Assembly (NCBI GenBank): GCA_965662465.1
Contig: CBFIIO010000016.1
Coordinates: forward strand, 7,587-71,586
Length of the DNA stretch: 64,000 nucleotides
Direction of reading: 5' to 3'
Source: Planctomycetota bacterium
GTDB lineage: Bacteria > Planctomycetota > UBA1135 > UBA2386
This document shows positions 55,815-64,000 of this stretch, one piece after another (positions within the stretch are counted from its first letter, which is position 1; the number at the start of each line of letters is the position of its first letter). The position numbers and the translations under genes are program-made. The notes under the pieces are model-generated. The model was not told the DNA's origin and did not search any database. It saw only the letters and a program-made list of their open reading frames with translations.

Positions 55815-57341
55815 GTGGCAAAGATCCTTCTCGGCGAACCTAATCTTCCCCTCACGACTCTCATTGCGCTGAGCCGCCCTAAGAATCGCATTGCGCTGAC
55901 GGATAAGAGCAAAGAGCGCGTCGATAAGTGCCGTGCGATTGTCGACAAGGCCGTGAAGAGGGGCGCGACGATGTATGGCATCAATACCGGGTTTGGCAAG
56001 CTCGCAGGTGTTCGCATTCCCGATGATCAATTAGGGCAACTGCAAAAGAATTTGCTGCTTAGTCATGCGACTGGCGTTGGCGAACCTTTGACCATCGAGC
56101 AGAGCCGCTTGGCGTTTGCTTTGCGCATTCACAACCTGGCACTCGGTAGTTCTGGCGTGCGTCGCAAGTTGATCGACCAAGCGGTTGCTCTGTGGAACGC
56201 GAATATGATCCCGGTCATTCCTAGCCAGGGGTCCGTCGGTGCATCTGGCGACCTTGCGCCGTTGAGTCATATGGCGCTGCCGCTGATTGGCTTTGGGGAA
56301 GTGCATCATGACGGCAAGGTAATCAGCGGTAGCGCGGCCCTTAAGAAGCTCAAGCGGAAGCCACTGGAACTGTGCGAGAAAGAAGGTCTCGCATTGATTA
56401 ATGGCACGCAGATCATGACCGCTATTGGTTGCTTGGTTGTAGAGCAGGCGTCGCAACTTTGCAGGGTGGCTGACATCGCATGTGCGATGACAGTGGAGGC
56501 ATTGCGTGCCAGTGAAAAGCCATTCGATGCGCGTGTTCATGAGATACGTCCGCATGGAGGTCAGCAGGCAACCGCGTCTAACTTGCGTGCGTTGCTTGCT
56601 AACAGCGCGGTCATGACCAGTCACAAGAAGTGCTCGAAGGTTCAAGATGCCTATTCGCTGCGCTGTTCTCCCCAGGTTCATGGAGCTGCAAAGGATGGCG
56701 TGCGCTATGGGCTTGATGTGTTGGTTACAGAGGCCAATTCAGTCACTGACAATCCTTTGGTCTTTCCCGGCGCAGTGATTAGCGCAGGCAACTTTCATGG
56801 CCAGCCAGTTAGTCAGGCGATGGATTTCGTCAAGATCGCGGTCAGCACGCTTGCGAACATTAGCGAGCGTCGCATCGAACAAATGGTCAATCCGGACATC
56901 TCTGGACTGCCCGCGTTTCTGGCCAAGGATCCAGGCCTCGAAAGTGGCTTCATGATTCCGCAGGTTGTTGCAGCCTCACTTGCGAGCGAAAATAAGACGC
57001 TGGCGCATCCGGCAAGTGTCGACACCATTCCGACTAGCGCGAATCGCGAAGACCATGTCTCGATGGGGGTGACTGCGGCACGCTTTGCGGCAACCGTCGT
57101 ATCCAACACCGCGAAGGTGCTAGGCATCGAAATCTTATGCGGCGCGCAAGGATTAGACCTCGGCGAGAAATTGAAGTCAGGCGATGGCGTCCAGGTGGCT
57201 TATCGGGCCTTGCGCAAGCGCGTGGCTGGTCTTGATGGAGATCGTTTCTTGGCTCCGGATCTAGCTGCGGCAGAAGCGGTCATTGTTGACGGTTCACTGG
57301 TCGCTGCCGTTCAGAAGAAGGTCGGGCCACTGTCGGTCTAG
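55815..57341 (+). CDS. hutH: Histidine ammonia-lyase
   Basis: YGINTGFG, MIO-forming GSVGASGDLAPL, KEGLALINGT, QDAYSLRC, GNFHG and SANREDHVSMG. Confidence 0.95.
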   Translation: MAKILLGEPNLPLTTLIALSRPKNRIALTDKSKERVDKCRAIVDKAVKRGATMYGINTGFGKLAGVRIPDDQLGQLQKNLLLSHATGVGEPLTIEQSRLAFALRIHNLALGSSGVRRKLIDQAVALWNANMIPVIPSQGSVGASGDLAPLSHMALPLIGFGEVHHDGKVISGSAALKKLKRKPLELCEKEGLALINGTQIMTAIGCLVVEQASQLCRVADIACAMTVEALRASEKPFDARVHEIRPHGGQQATASNLRALLANSAVMTSHKKCSKVQDAYSLRCSPQVHGAAKDGVRYGLDVLVTEANSVTDNPLVFPGAVISAGNFHGQPVSQAMDFVKIAVSTLANISERRIEQMVNPDISGLPAFLAKDPGLESGFMIPQVVAASLASENKTLAHPASVDTIPTSANREDHVSMGVTAARFAATVVSNTAKVLGIEILCGAQGLDLGEKLKSGDGVQVAYRALRKRVAGLDGDRFLAPDLAAAEAVIVDGSLVAAVQKKVGPLSV

Positions 57342-57484
57342 TCTTGGCGCAGCCCTCAATCGATTAAAATACGTCATCATTCGACGTCCCGGTCATGTTG
57401 GCTGCTGAGTTGTATCGGCAAACACTACGTGTCTGATACATGCCATTGGCTTGCATCAGGGCCGCAGCGTCTATCGTAGGTTTG

Positions 57485-59116
57485 ATGTTCTCCCCACGAT
57501 CCCTCGCCCTCTTTGCCTTCTCGTCTTCGGCGCTGATTGCTCAAGTTAGCCCTGAACAATTTGCCGCGATTAAGAAGGAGGGCCTTGGTCAGTCGCAAGT
57601 GATGGCGCACCTTGACCACCTCGTGAATCGTATTGGTCCGCGCTTAACTGGCTCGGAGAATCTGACGGTTGCTGGCGAGTGGGCCGTTGATGCGTTCCGG
57701 AGTTTTGGCATTGAGAATGCTAGGCTCGAAAAATGGGGTGACTACGCGGTTGGCTTCAATCGCGGTCCGTGGTGGGGACGGATGACCAAGCCCATTGAGA
57801 TGGAGTTTGTGTGCAACACCAATGCCTGGACTGCAGGAACCCGCGGACCTTCCCGCGGCATCGTCGTCGCGGCCCCAGAGGATGCCGAAGAATTAGCTGC
57901 AATGAAGGGCAAGCTTCATCACGTTTGGATGCTGAACCCTGGTGGCCGGATGTTGAAAAGTCTGACCGCGGCGATGGAGGCAGAGGGTGGCTTCGGCTTT
58001 GTGACTGGTCGGGCGGGACGCCGCGGCGAACTTTTGCTGACTGGTGGTCGGCCGAGCACCGACATGGACGACTTGCCGAGTTTGCCAATGATACGGTTAC
58101 GCAATGACGCCTATGAAGAGGTCGCCGATCAGATGGAGAGGGGGCCGGTCGAGCTGGAATTTGATATCCGTAACCATTTTCGCAAAGGGCCAATCCCGCT
58201 CTATAACGTAATCGCGGATATCGTCGGAACAGAGAAGCCGGACGAGTTTGTCGTTGTAGGTGGTCATCTCGATAGCTGGGATGGGGCGACGGGCACGACT
58301 GATAACGGCACCGGCTCGGCAACCACATTAGAGGCTGCTCGCATCTTGATGGCCATTGGCGCCAAGCCTCGTCGAAGCATCCGCTTCATGCTCTGGAGTG
58401 GAGAGGAGCAAGGGTTGCTCGGATCTAGGGCATGGGTGCAGCAACACAAAGACGAGATGGTGCAATACAGCGCCAGTCTTGTTCACGATGGTGGGACCAA
58501 CTACCTGTCTGGCATTGCAGGCATGAAGGAAATGCGGCCGCAACTCGAAATTGCGTTCGAGCATGTCCTATCGCTATCCGACGAGATGCCATTCAAGATC
58601 TCTAACATCGAAGCATTCACTCCGATCGGCAGTGACCATGAAGCGTTCACCGCGGTTGGTGTGCCTGGCTTCTTCTGGCGGCAGGCAGGCCGTGCCAACT
58701 ATACGTTCACCCATCACACGCAAAACGACACCTACGGCGCTGCGATCCCTGAGTATCAAATTCACTCCTCGGTGGTCGCTGCTACTGGTGCGCTTGGGTT
58801 GGCAAACTTGCCGGAGCTGTTGTCACGCGAGAACATGAAGGTTCGTCGTGGTTTCAGTGGCGGTGCTCGGCGTAGTCGACGCCAGCTCGGTGTGCAAATG
58901 GGTGAAGATGGGGTCACAATTCGGTCAATCGTAGCCAAGAGTGTGGCTGCCAAGGCTGGTCTCAAAGTTGGCGACCGGATCGTTAAGATCGGTGATCAGG
59001 AGATTTCGTCCCAGGCCGATCTGCGTCGGGGTCTGCGCGGTGGCGCGGCTACCAAGAAGGTGAGTTACTTGCGCGGTTCTGAGGAGAAATCTCTCAGTGT
59101 AACCTTCCCTAGGTAG
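57485..59116 (+). CDS. Secreted M28-family metallopeptidase with C-terminal PDZ domain
   Basis: Signal peptide. [29 protein letters not shown] and HH..ND. PDZ LGV...[13 protein letters not shown]. Track start 57440. Confidence 0.88.
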   Translation: MFSPRSLALFAFSSSALIAQVSPEQFAAIKKEGLGQSQVMAHLDHLVNRIGPRLTGSENLTVAGEWAVDAFRSFGIENARLEKWGDYAVGFNRGPWWGRMTKPIEMEFVCNTNAWTAGTRGPSRGIVVAAPEDAEELAAMKGKLHHVWMLNPGGRMLKSLTAAMEAEGGFGFVTGRAGRRGELLLTGGRPSTDMDDLPSLPMIRLRNDAYEEVADQMERGPVELEFDIRNHFRKGPIPLYNVIADIVGTEKPDEFVVVGGHLDSWDGATGTTDNGTGSATTLEAARILMAIGAKPRRSIRFMLWSGEEQGLLGSRAWVQQHKDEMVQYSASLVHDGGTNYLSGIAGMKEMRPQLEIAFEHVLSLSDEMPFKISNIEAFTPIGSDHEAFTAVGVPGFFWRQAGRANYTFTHHTQNDTYGAAIPEYQIHSSVVAATGALGLANLPELLSRENMKVRRGFSGGARRSRRQLGVQMGEDGVTIRSIVAKSVAAKAGLKVGDRIVKIGDQEISSQADLRRGLRGGAATKKVSYLRGSEEKSLSVTFPR

Positions 59117-59370
59117 CCAGTATTCGGTCAGTTGCGGGTTCTTTTGCCGAAGCCACGGAGTATGGCCAGCGTGAATTTGCCATCTCAGATGGGAAGGCAG
59201 CCAGCTGTTCGTGCGGCGCAAGTTGCCCGCAAACGTCCTGCCAGTGCGTGGAATGTGGTTCACAGTTGAGTCGGTGTCGCTGCCAGTCTTTGGCGAATCG
59301 AATTCGATCTTGCCGGTTAAGTCAGTGGACTGATGTTGCGTTGACCGGTCGCGCTTGCCACGCTACCGGC

Positions 59371-61011
59371 ATGACTGAATATCGGGCACCGCGCGGCACA
59401 ACATTGAATTGTGCGAATTGGCAGATCGAAGGGGCGTATCGCATGGTCCAAAATAACTTGGACCCTGAGGTCGCCGAAGACCCTGAAAACCTCATCGTCT
59501 ATGGCGGTCTCGGCAAGGCCGCGCGCAACCCTGAGGCGCTGCAGAAGATTTTGGCGACGTTGCGCCGGCTTCAGCCTGACGAAACCATGTTGGTTCAGTC
59601 CGGCAAGTGCGTTGGTGTCTTCAAGACACATACCGATGCCCCGCGCGTTTTGATTGCAAACAGCAATCTCGTCGGTGATTGGGCGAATTGGGATGAGTTC
59701 CGCCGCCTCGATGCGCTTGGTCTAATGATGTATGGCCAGATGACTGCTGGGAGTTGGATCTACATCGGCAGCCAGGGAATTGTGCAGGGGACCTATGAGA
59801 CCTTCGTGGCCGCCGCCAAAATGCACTTTCAGAGTGACCTAAAAGGTCGGCTAGTTGTGACAGCTGGTCTTGGTGGGATGGGCGGTGCCCAGCCTCTAGC
59901 GATTACGATGGCTGGTGGTGTTTGCTTAGCAGCTGATGTTGAGGGGTGGCGGATCGACAAGCGCCTTGAGACGAAGTATCTCGATGAGCGTATCGATGAC
60001 CCTATTGCTGCGATCAAAGCAGCGCAGGCAAAAGCTGCCGCCGGCGTGCCTTGGTCGATCGGTATTTGCTGCAACGCTACCGAGTTGTTGACCGTCTTGC
60101 GTGACGAGCGTGTTGTTCCCGACATGCTGACGGACCAGACTTCCGCGCATGACATGTTGATTGGTTATGTGCCGGACAACATGTCGGTTGAGCAGTCCAG
60201 CAGTCTGCGTGACTCCGATCCAAAGGGTTATCTCGAAGAGTCTAGGCGCACGGTTTCAAAGCACGTGTCGCTGATGCTGGAATTGCAGGAGATGGGGGCC
60301 ATCACGTTTGACTATGGCAACAACATCCGGACCGAGGCACGGGACCACGGCATTGCTGAGGCATTCCGTATCAAGGGATTCATTCCGGAATACATCCGTC
60401 CCTTGTTCTGTGAAGGGCGCGGACCATTTCGTTGGGTTGCGCTGAGCGGTGATCCTGCGGATATCGCACGGACCGACGAACTCGCGCTCGAGATGTTTGG
60501 CGACAACGAATCGCTAACGACATGGATTAAGAAGGCGCAGGCGCAGATCGCATGGCAGGGTTTGCCATCTCGGATCTTGTGGCTCGGCTATGGCGAGCGC
60601 GCTCGCTTTGGGGTTGCGGTCAACGAATTGATCAAGAAGGGCGAGATATCTGCGCCGATCGTATTTGGTCGTGACCATCTAGATTGTGGCTCGGTGGCTT
60701 CGCCATATCGTGAAACCGAGGCGATGAAGGATGGCAGTGACATGATTGCTGACTGGCCACTGCTTAATGCGATGCTCAATGTTGCCTCCGGCGCAACCTG
60801 GGTCTCGCTCCATCACGGTGGTGGAGTTGGCATGGGCAAGTCGATCCACTCCGGGCAGGTCACTGTGGCCGACGGCACGGATGAGGCTGCAGCCCGGATC
60901 CAGCGAGTGTTTACCTGCGATCCGGGATCTGGCGTTATGCGTCACGCAGACGCCGGCTACGAGACCGCGCAAGCGTTTGCTCGCGACAACAGTGTGGATC
61001 TCGGGGGCTAA
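59371..61011 (+). CDS. hutU: Urocanate hydratase
   Basis: [57 protein letters not shown] and HHGGGVGMG. Start MTEYRAPRG (track start 59248). Confidence 0.96.
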   Translation: MTEYRAPRGTTLNCANWQIEGAYRMVQNNLDPEVAEDPENLIVYGGLGKAARNPEALQKILATLRRLQPDETMLVQSGKCVGVFKTHTDAPRVLIANSNLVGDWANWDEFRRLDALGLMMYGQMTAGSWIYIGSQGIVQGTYETFVAAAKMHFQSDLKGRLVVTAGLGGMGGAQPLAITMAGGVCLAADVEGWRIDKRLETKYLDERIDDPIAAIKAAQAKAAAGVPWSIGICCNATELLTVLRDERVVPDMLTDQTSAHDMLIGYVPDNMSVEQSSSLRDSDPKGYLEESRRTVSKHVSLMLELQEMGAITFDYGNNIRTEARDHGIAEAFRIKGFIPEYIRPLFCEGRGPFRWVALSGDPADIARTDELALEMFGDNESLTTWIKKAQAQIAWQGLPSRILWLGYGERARFGVAVNELIKKGEISAPIVFGRDHLDCGSVASPYRETEAMKDGSDMIADWPLLNAMLNVASGATWVSLHHGGGVGMGKSIHSGQVTVADGTDEAAARIQRVFTCDPGSGVMRHADAGYETAQAFARDNSVDLGG

Positions 61012-61133
61012 CCGAATTGGCGTCGGATTGTGATTCGGTAGTTGTAGGCAGGTTGCATCGCGCTCGAGTGGTGCGTGGATTCCGCCAAACCGGAGCAGGT
61101 GAAGCCTTCCATTCGAGCTATGATCGTGCGTTT

Positions 61134-61976
61134 ATGCGGCCGTTTTTGATCCTTTGTGTCTGGGCTCTCGCCAGTGCGGGAGGAGCGGCCCAGGCCGAAC
61201 TCCCGCCAGTTTCGCCTCCCGCAGTGTCGCCTCCCGCAGTGTCGCCTCCCGCAGGTGCGATCCCGCAGGAGTCTGTCGCAAAATTGACGGATAAGCAGCG
61301 GATTGAAGCGACCAATCTGCTGGCGCGTTATGCCAAGCAAAGCCAGGGCGTCGAGGTGCTGGTTGCCGATTACATTCAGAGGCGCACCACCACGCTCAGC
61401 AAGAAGCCGTTGCTTAGTAGCGGCGGCTTCGTATTTGTTCGCGACCCTGCCTGCGTTGTCTTCCGCGCCGACAAGCCGCGTCAGTCGGTGGTTCGCTTGA
61501 CCTCGAAGAGCTATGAGGTCTTCCGGCCACGTCGTAAGCGTCTCGAGCGTTTCTCGATGGGTGGTTTAGACCTTGCTCAGGGGCTATTTGCGGCGGTTGG
61601 CGGTGATGCCAAGCAGTTGCTGAAGGACTTCGATATCTTAGGTTTTTCGTCTGCAGAGCCTTCTACGGAGCCAGAAATAGAGCCAGAAAAAGAGCTGGAA
61701 AAGGCTGGTCGCGGCTCGTCTGGCAGCGCGACGATCCAGCTAGTGCCGAAGAGCAAGCTGATGCGCGAGCGCCTGCGCGAGTTGCTGATCCAGTTGGATG
61801 TCACTGCTGCCAATGAGCCTGAAGTAGCGCTGCGCTCGGTTTCCTATCGTGATCAGTCGGGAGACTTGGTTGAGATCGAGCTGGCCAAGGTGCGCAAGAA
61901 CCCAAAAGACCCTCCGTCTGCGGAAATCGATGTGCCGAGCGATACGCGGATCATGGATCATAAGGCTCGCCGTTAA
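61134..61976 (+). CDS. LolA-like outer-membrane lipoprotein carrier family protein
   Basis: Signal peptide and PPAVS repeats, then ADYIQRR...SSGGFVFVRD...F...P....V.L, LVPK and D.SGD..EI, a LolA/LppX-like pattern. Track start 61017. Confidence 0.6.
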   Translation: MRPFLILCVWALASAGGAAQAELPPVSPPAVSPPAVSPPAGAIPQESVAKLTDKQRIEATNLLARYAKQSQGVEVLVADYIQRRTTTLSKKPLLSSGGFVFVRDPACVVFRADKPRQSVVRLTSKSYEVFRPRRKRLERFSMGGLDLAQGLFAAVGGDAKQLLKDFDILGFSSAEPSTEPEIEPEKELEKAGRGSSGSATIQLVPKSKLMRERLRELLIQLDVTAANEPEVALRSVSYRDQSGDLVEIELAKVRKNPKDPPSAEIDVPSDTRIMDHKARR

Positions 61977-62247
61977 CTCTGTAGACTTAACCTAGTTGCT
62001 AACTTCATCAGGCCAGTCCTTGGCGGTGGGAGCTTGATGACGTAACATAGCTGCCGTCGCGGGGCGGTCATCCCGGCGATACTTCTGCCCCGGCTGCGGC
62101 CAGGTCAGATAACTGGTGCGAATTGTTGTTCGCATTGGGCAGGTTACTAACGGGGTCATTCCACGGTCCGGTCAAGCGAGTTCGCTCGTGAGGTCGTGCA
62201 ATGATCCAAGCATGCTGAGGTCGAAATCATTCGATCGGGAGGTAGCT

Positions 62248-63141
62248 ATGAAGCAGAACGAACGGTTGTTGGTCTACGCGGTCACGGGATTCCTTGCGCT
62301 CATCTTGGTGATTGCAGTTCTCTTTGGTGGCGATCAGATCAATCCAGCGAAGCAGCAAGAAAACTCCGCTAAGGGGCTCAGCGATCTGTTGGATCCGAAA
62401 GAGCCTAAAGCAGCGCCCGCATCGCAAGACGATGCGTTGGTCGAAGCGATGGCCAAGCAACTCGAAGCTAGCAAGGAACCCGTCCAGCAGCCGCTCATCG
62501 CGAAGCCGCAGCGGGATCGTGAGATCGTCGAGCGCGCCAATGGCCCGAGTCGCACGGATCAGATGGTGCGCTGGGTCACTGTTAAGACCGGCGATGGCTA
62601 CGAGAGGCTCGTCCGCCGTTGGTGCGGCGAAGAAGGTTTCGATGACTACGTCGCGGAAGCAAAAAGTCTCAACGAGGACAAGCCAACCCTCATAGCCGGT
62701 ATTAAAATCATGGTTCCGTTGGTTTCTGACGAAAAACTCGTCGAGCTGATCGAGGAGCGAGCGACCCGGGTGGTCCACGTCATCGACTCCAGCCGCACGC
62801 TTGGCAGCGACCAAGGCGCTTCGTTTACTGCTGGCGATCCGACTCCGTCTGCTAGTGCCACCCTTGACGTGCCGGGTCGCAATAGGCCTAACAGCACGGT
62901 TTCACCGGGTGTTGCTGCTGGGGGCGGGCGCAACCCTTCGGTTGATCGTGGCGCAGCTGTCAGCCCCGTCGGCCAGATCTACCAAGTGAAGTCAAAAGAC
63001 AACCTTTGGTCGATCGCCGCGAAAATCTACGGCAAAGGATACGCTGACCAGATGGTGCTGGAGATGAAGGAGCTGAATCCGGGCCTTACCGACAGGATTC
63101 AGATCGGGCAAACAATCAAGTTGCCCGCCAAAGGCGAGTAG
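62248..63141 (+). CDS. Membrane-anchored protein with two LysM domains
   Basis: RBS ggaggt, N-terminal TM, VTVKTGDGY...LN...IAGIKIMVP and YQVKSKDNLWSIA...LNP...IGQTIKLP. Confidence 0.85.
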   Translation: MKQNERLLVYAVTGFLALILVIAVLFGGDQINPAKQQENSAKGLSDLLDPKEPKAAPASQDDALVEAMAKQLEASKEPVQQPLIAKPQRDREIVERANGPSRTDQMVRWVTVKTGDGYERLVRRWCGEEGFDDYVAEAKSLNEDKPTLIAGIKIMVPLVSDEKLVELIEERATRVVHVIDSSRTLGSDQGASFTAGDPTPSASATLDVPGRNRPNSTVSPGVAAGGGRNPSVDRGAAVSPVGQIYQVKSKDNLWSIAAKIYGKGYADQMVLEMKELNPGLTDRIQIGQTIKLPAKGE

Positions 63142-63187
63142 CTGGTCGTTTGATTCGCCTCGGACCAGATCGAGGCGCAAAAATCCG

Positions 63188-63252
63188 CTGCGAACTGGCC
63201 CCCGCTGCGAACTGGGCTACTTGCGAACTGGGCTACTTGCGAACTGGGCTAC
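63188..63252. repeat. Four tandem 16-17-bp repeats (ttgcgaactgggctac) running into the stop codon of the sigma-54 activator
   Basis: Units at 63188 (degenerate), 63205, 63221 and 63237. The last unit contains the minus-strand TAG at 63249-63251. Confidence 0.9.
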
Positions 63253-63998
63253 TTCAGTCCGTAGCGATCGAGCTTTTTGTAGAGATTGCTGCGCTGCAGT
63301 TCGATGTTCTCGGCGGTGCGTTTGATGTTGCCGTTGAATTCAAGCAGCTTGCGCCGCAAGAACTCCTTCTCGGTTGCGGCGCGGAAGTCTTCGAGTCGCG
63401 AGTAGGCAAACCAATCGGTTTGGCCTTCTGACGATCGACCCGGCTGAGGGGGCGCGTTGCACTCCAAGTCGGCAACGTCGATCTCCGTATTGTCCGATAG
63501 GACCGCCGTGCCTTCGAGCACGTTCTTCAATTGGCGGACGTTGCCGGGCCATGGTTGGCCGCGTAGCCAGTCCGTGGCTGTTTTGGCGAGGCGCTTTTGC
63601 CCGAGTCCATTTCGTTTCGTTGCAGCTTTTAAGAAATGGTCCGCGAGCAGGGCGACGTCATCCGGCCGCTCGCGCAGTGCTGGCAGGTGAATGCGAACGA
63701 CGTGAAGACGATAGTATAGGTCTTCGCGGAACGTCTTGTCCTTGACCATCGCTTCCAGATCCTGGTTGGTGGCAGCGACAACACGGACGTCGATCTTCGT
63801 GGTGGTTTGGCTGCCGAGTCTCTGCACGACGCTCTCTTGCAGCGTGCGAAGTAGCTTGGCCTGCATCGCCAGGGGCATGTCGCCGACTTCGTCGAGAAAT
63901 AAGGTGCCACCGTCTGCTTGTTCGAAGGCGCCGGCTCGTGCCGTCTGCGCTCCGGTAAATGCGCCTTTTTCGTGGCCGAAAAGCTCACTCTCGGCCAG
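63249..63998 (-). CDS. Sigma-54-dependent transcriptional activator (NtrC/NtrX-like), 5'-truncated by the window edge
   Basis: The frame continues past the track start 63878: [48 protein letters not shown], and a C-terminal Fis-type HTH. Confidence 0.93.
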   Translation of the reverse strand: MAESELFGHEKGAFTGAQTARAGAFEQADGGTLFLDEVGDMPLAMQAKLLRTLQESVVQRLGSQTTTKIDVRVVAATNQDLEAMVKDKTFREDLYYRLHVVRIHLPALRERPDDVALLADHFLKAATKRNGLGQKRLAKTATDWLRGQPWPGNVRQLKNVLEGTAVLSDNTEIDVADLECNAPPQPGRSSEGQTDWFAYSRLEDFRAATEKEFLRRKLLEFNGNIKRTAENIELQRSNLYKKLDRYGLK

Positions 63999-64000
63999 GT

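Noticed and set aside
59297-59308. Perfect 12-bp palindrome ATCGAATTCGAT upstream of hutU as HutC operator
   Set aside because: It does not resemble the TGTA-N2-TACA-type HutC site, there is no hutC nearby, and a single 12-mer palindrome can arise by chance.
61212-61254. 15-bp coding repeat (PPAVS)x3
   Set aside because: An ordinary in-frame low-complexity linker after a signal peptide.
14568-63252. Tandem repeats (14568, 55545, 63188) as CRISPR arrays
   Set aside because: Units of 13-17 bp abut directly with no unique spacers, and no cas genes are present.
1-64000. Mobile elements, prophage, rRNA or tRNA
   Set aside because: No transposase, integrase, phage structural gene, terminal inverted repeats or RNA-gene signatures were recognised.

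Overview
A gene-dense bacterial chromosomal segment, probably from a Planctomycetota/PVC-type diderm. That assignment is an inference from protein styles such as the pilin type and the Ig-like lipoproteins; no rRNA marker is present. I found no rRNA, tRNA, CRISPR array, transposase, integrase or prophage genes. The dominant feature is a family of six large lipoproteins (about 18.5 kb, about 29% of the window) with Ig-like (Big_5-type) repeats. Three of them have polyglycine tracts, and all six end in a similar closing beta-strand. Four lie in tandem (2.6-16.7 kb) directly upstream of a type IV pilus cluster (pilD, OmpA/MotB-like lipoprotein, pilT, pilB, pilC, TPR protein, large pilin). Two more lie in tandem at 34.4-39.9 kb at the head of a tightly coupled hydrolase/transporter run. 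The rest is mostly housekeeping: a MnmE-like GTPase, a PyrB fusion carrying a PyrI zinc domain plus an extra C-terminal domain, tatD, cystathionine beta-synthase, mog, nrnA-like, cutA, a DASS transporter, comM/yifB, a bPH_2 pair, an MBL hydrolase, apaG, hutH and hutU separated by an M28-PDZ peptidase, LolA-like, LysM and a partial sigma-54 activator. Notable nucleotide-level signals are a 39-bp near-identical (37/39) in-frame cassette shared by two unrelated genes 30 kb apart, and 13-16-bp tandem repeats at or just after stop codons. All family assignments come from motif recognition by eye; no database search was run.
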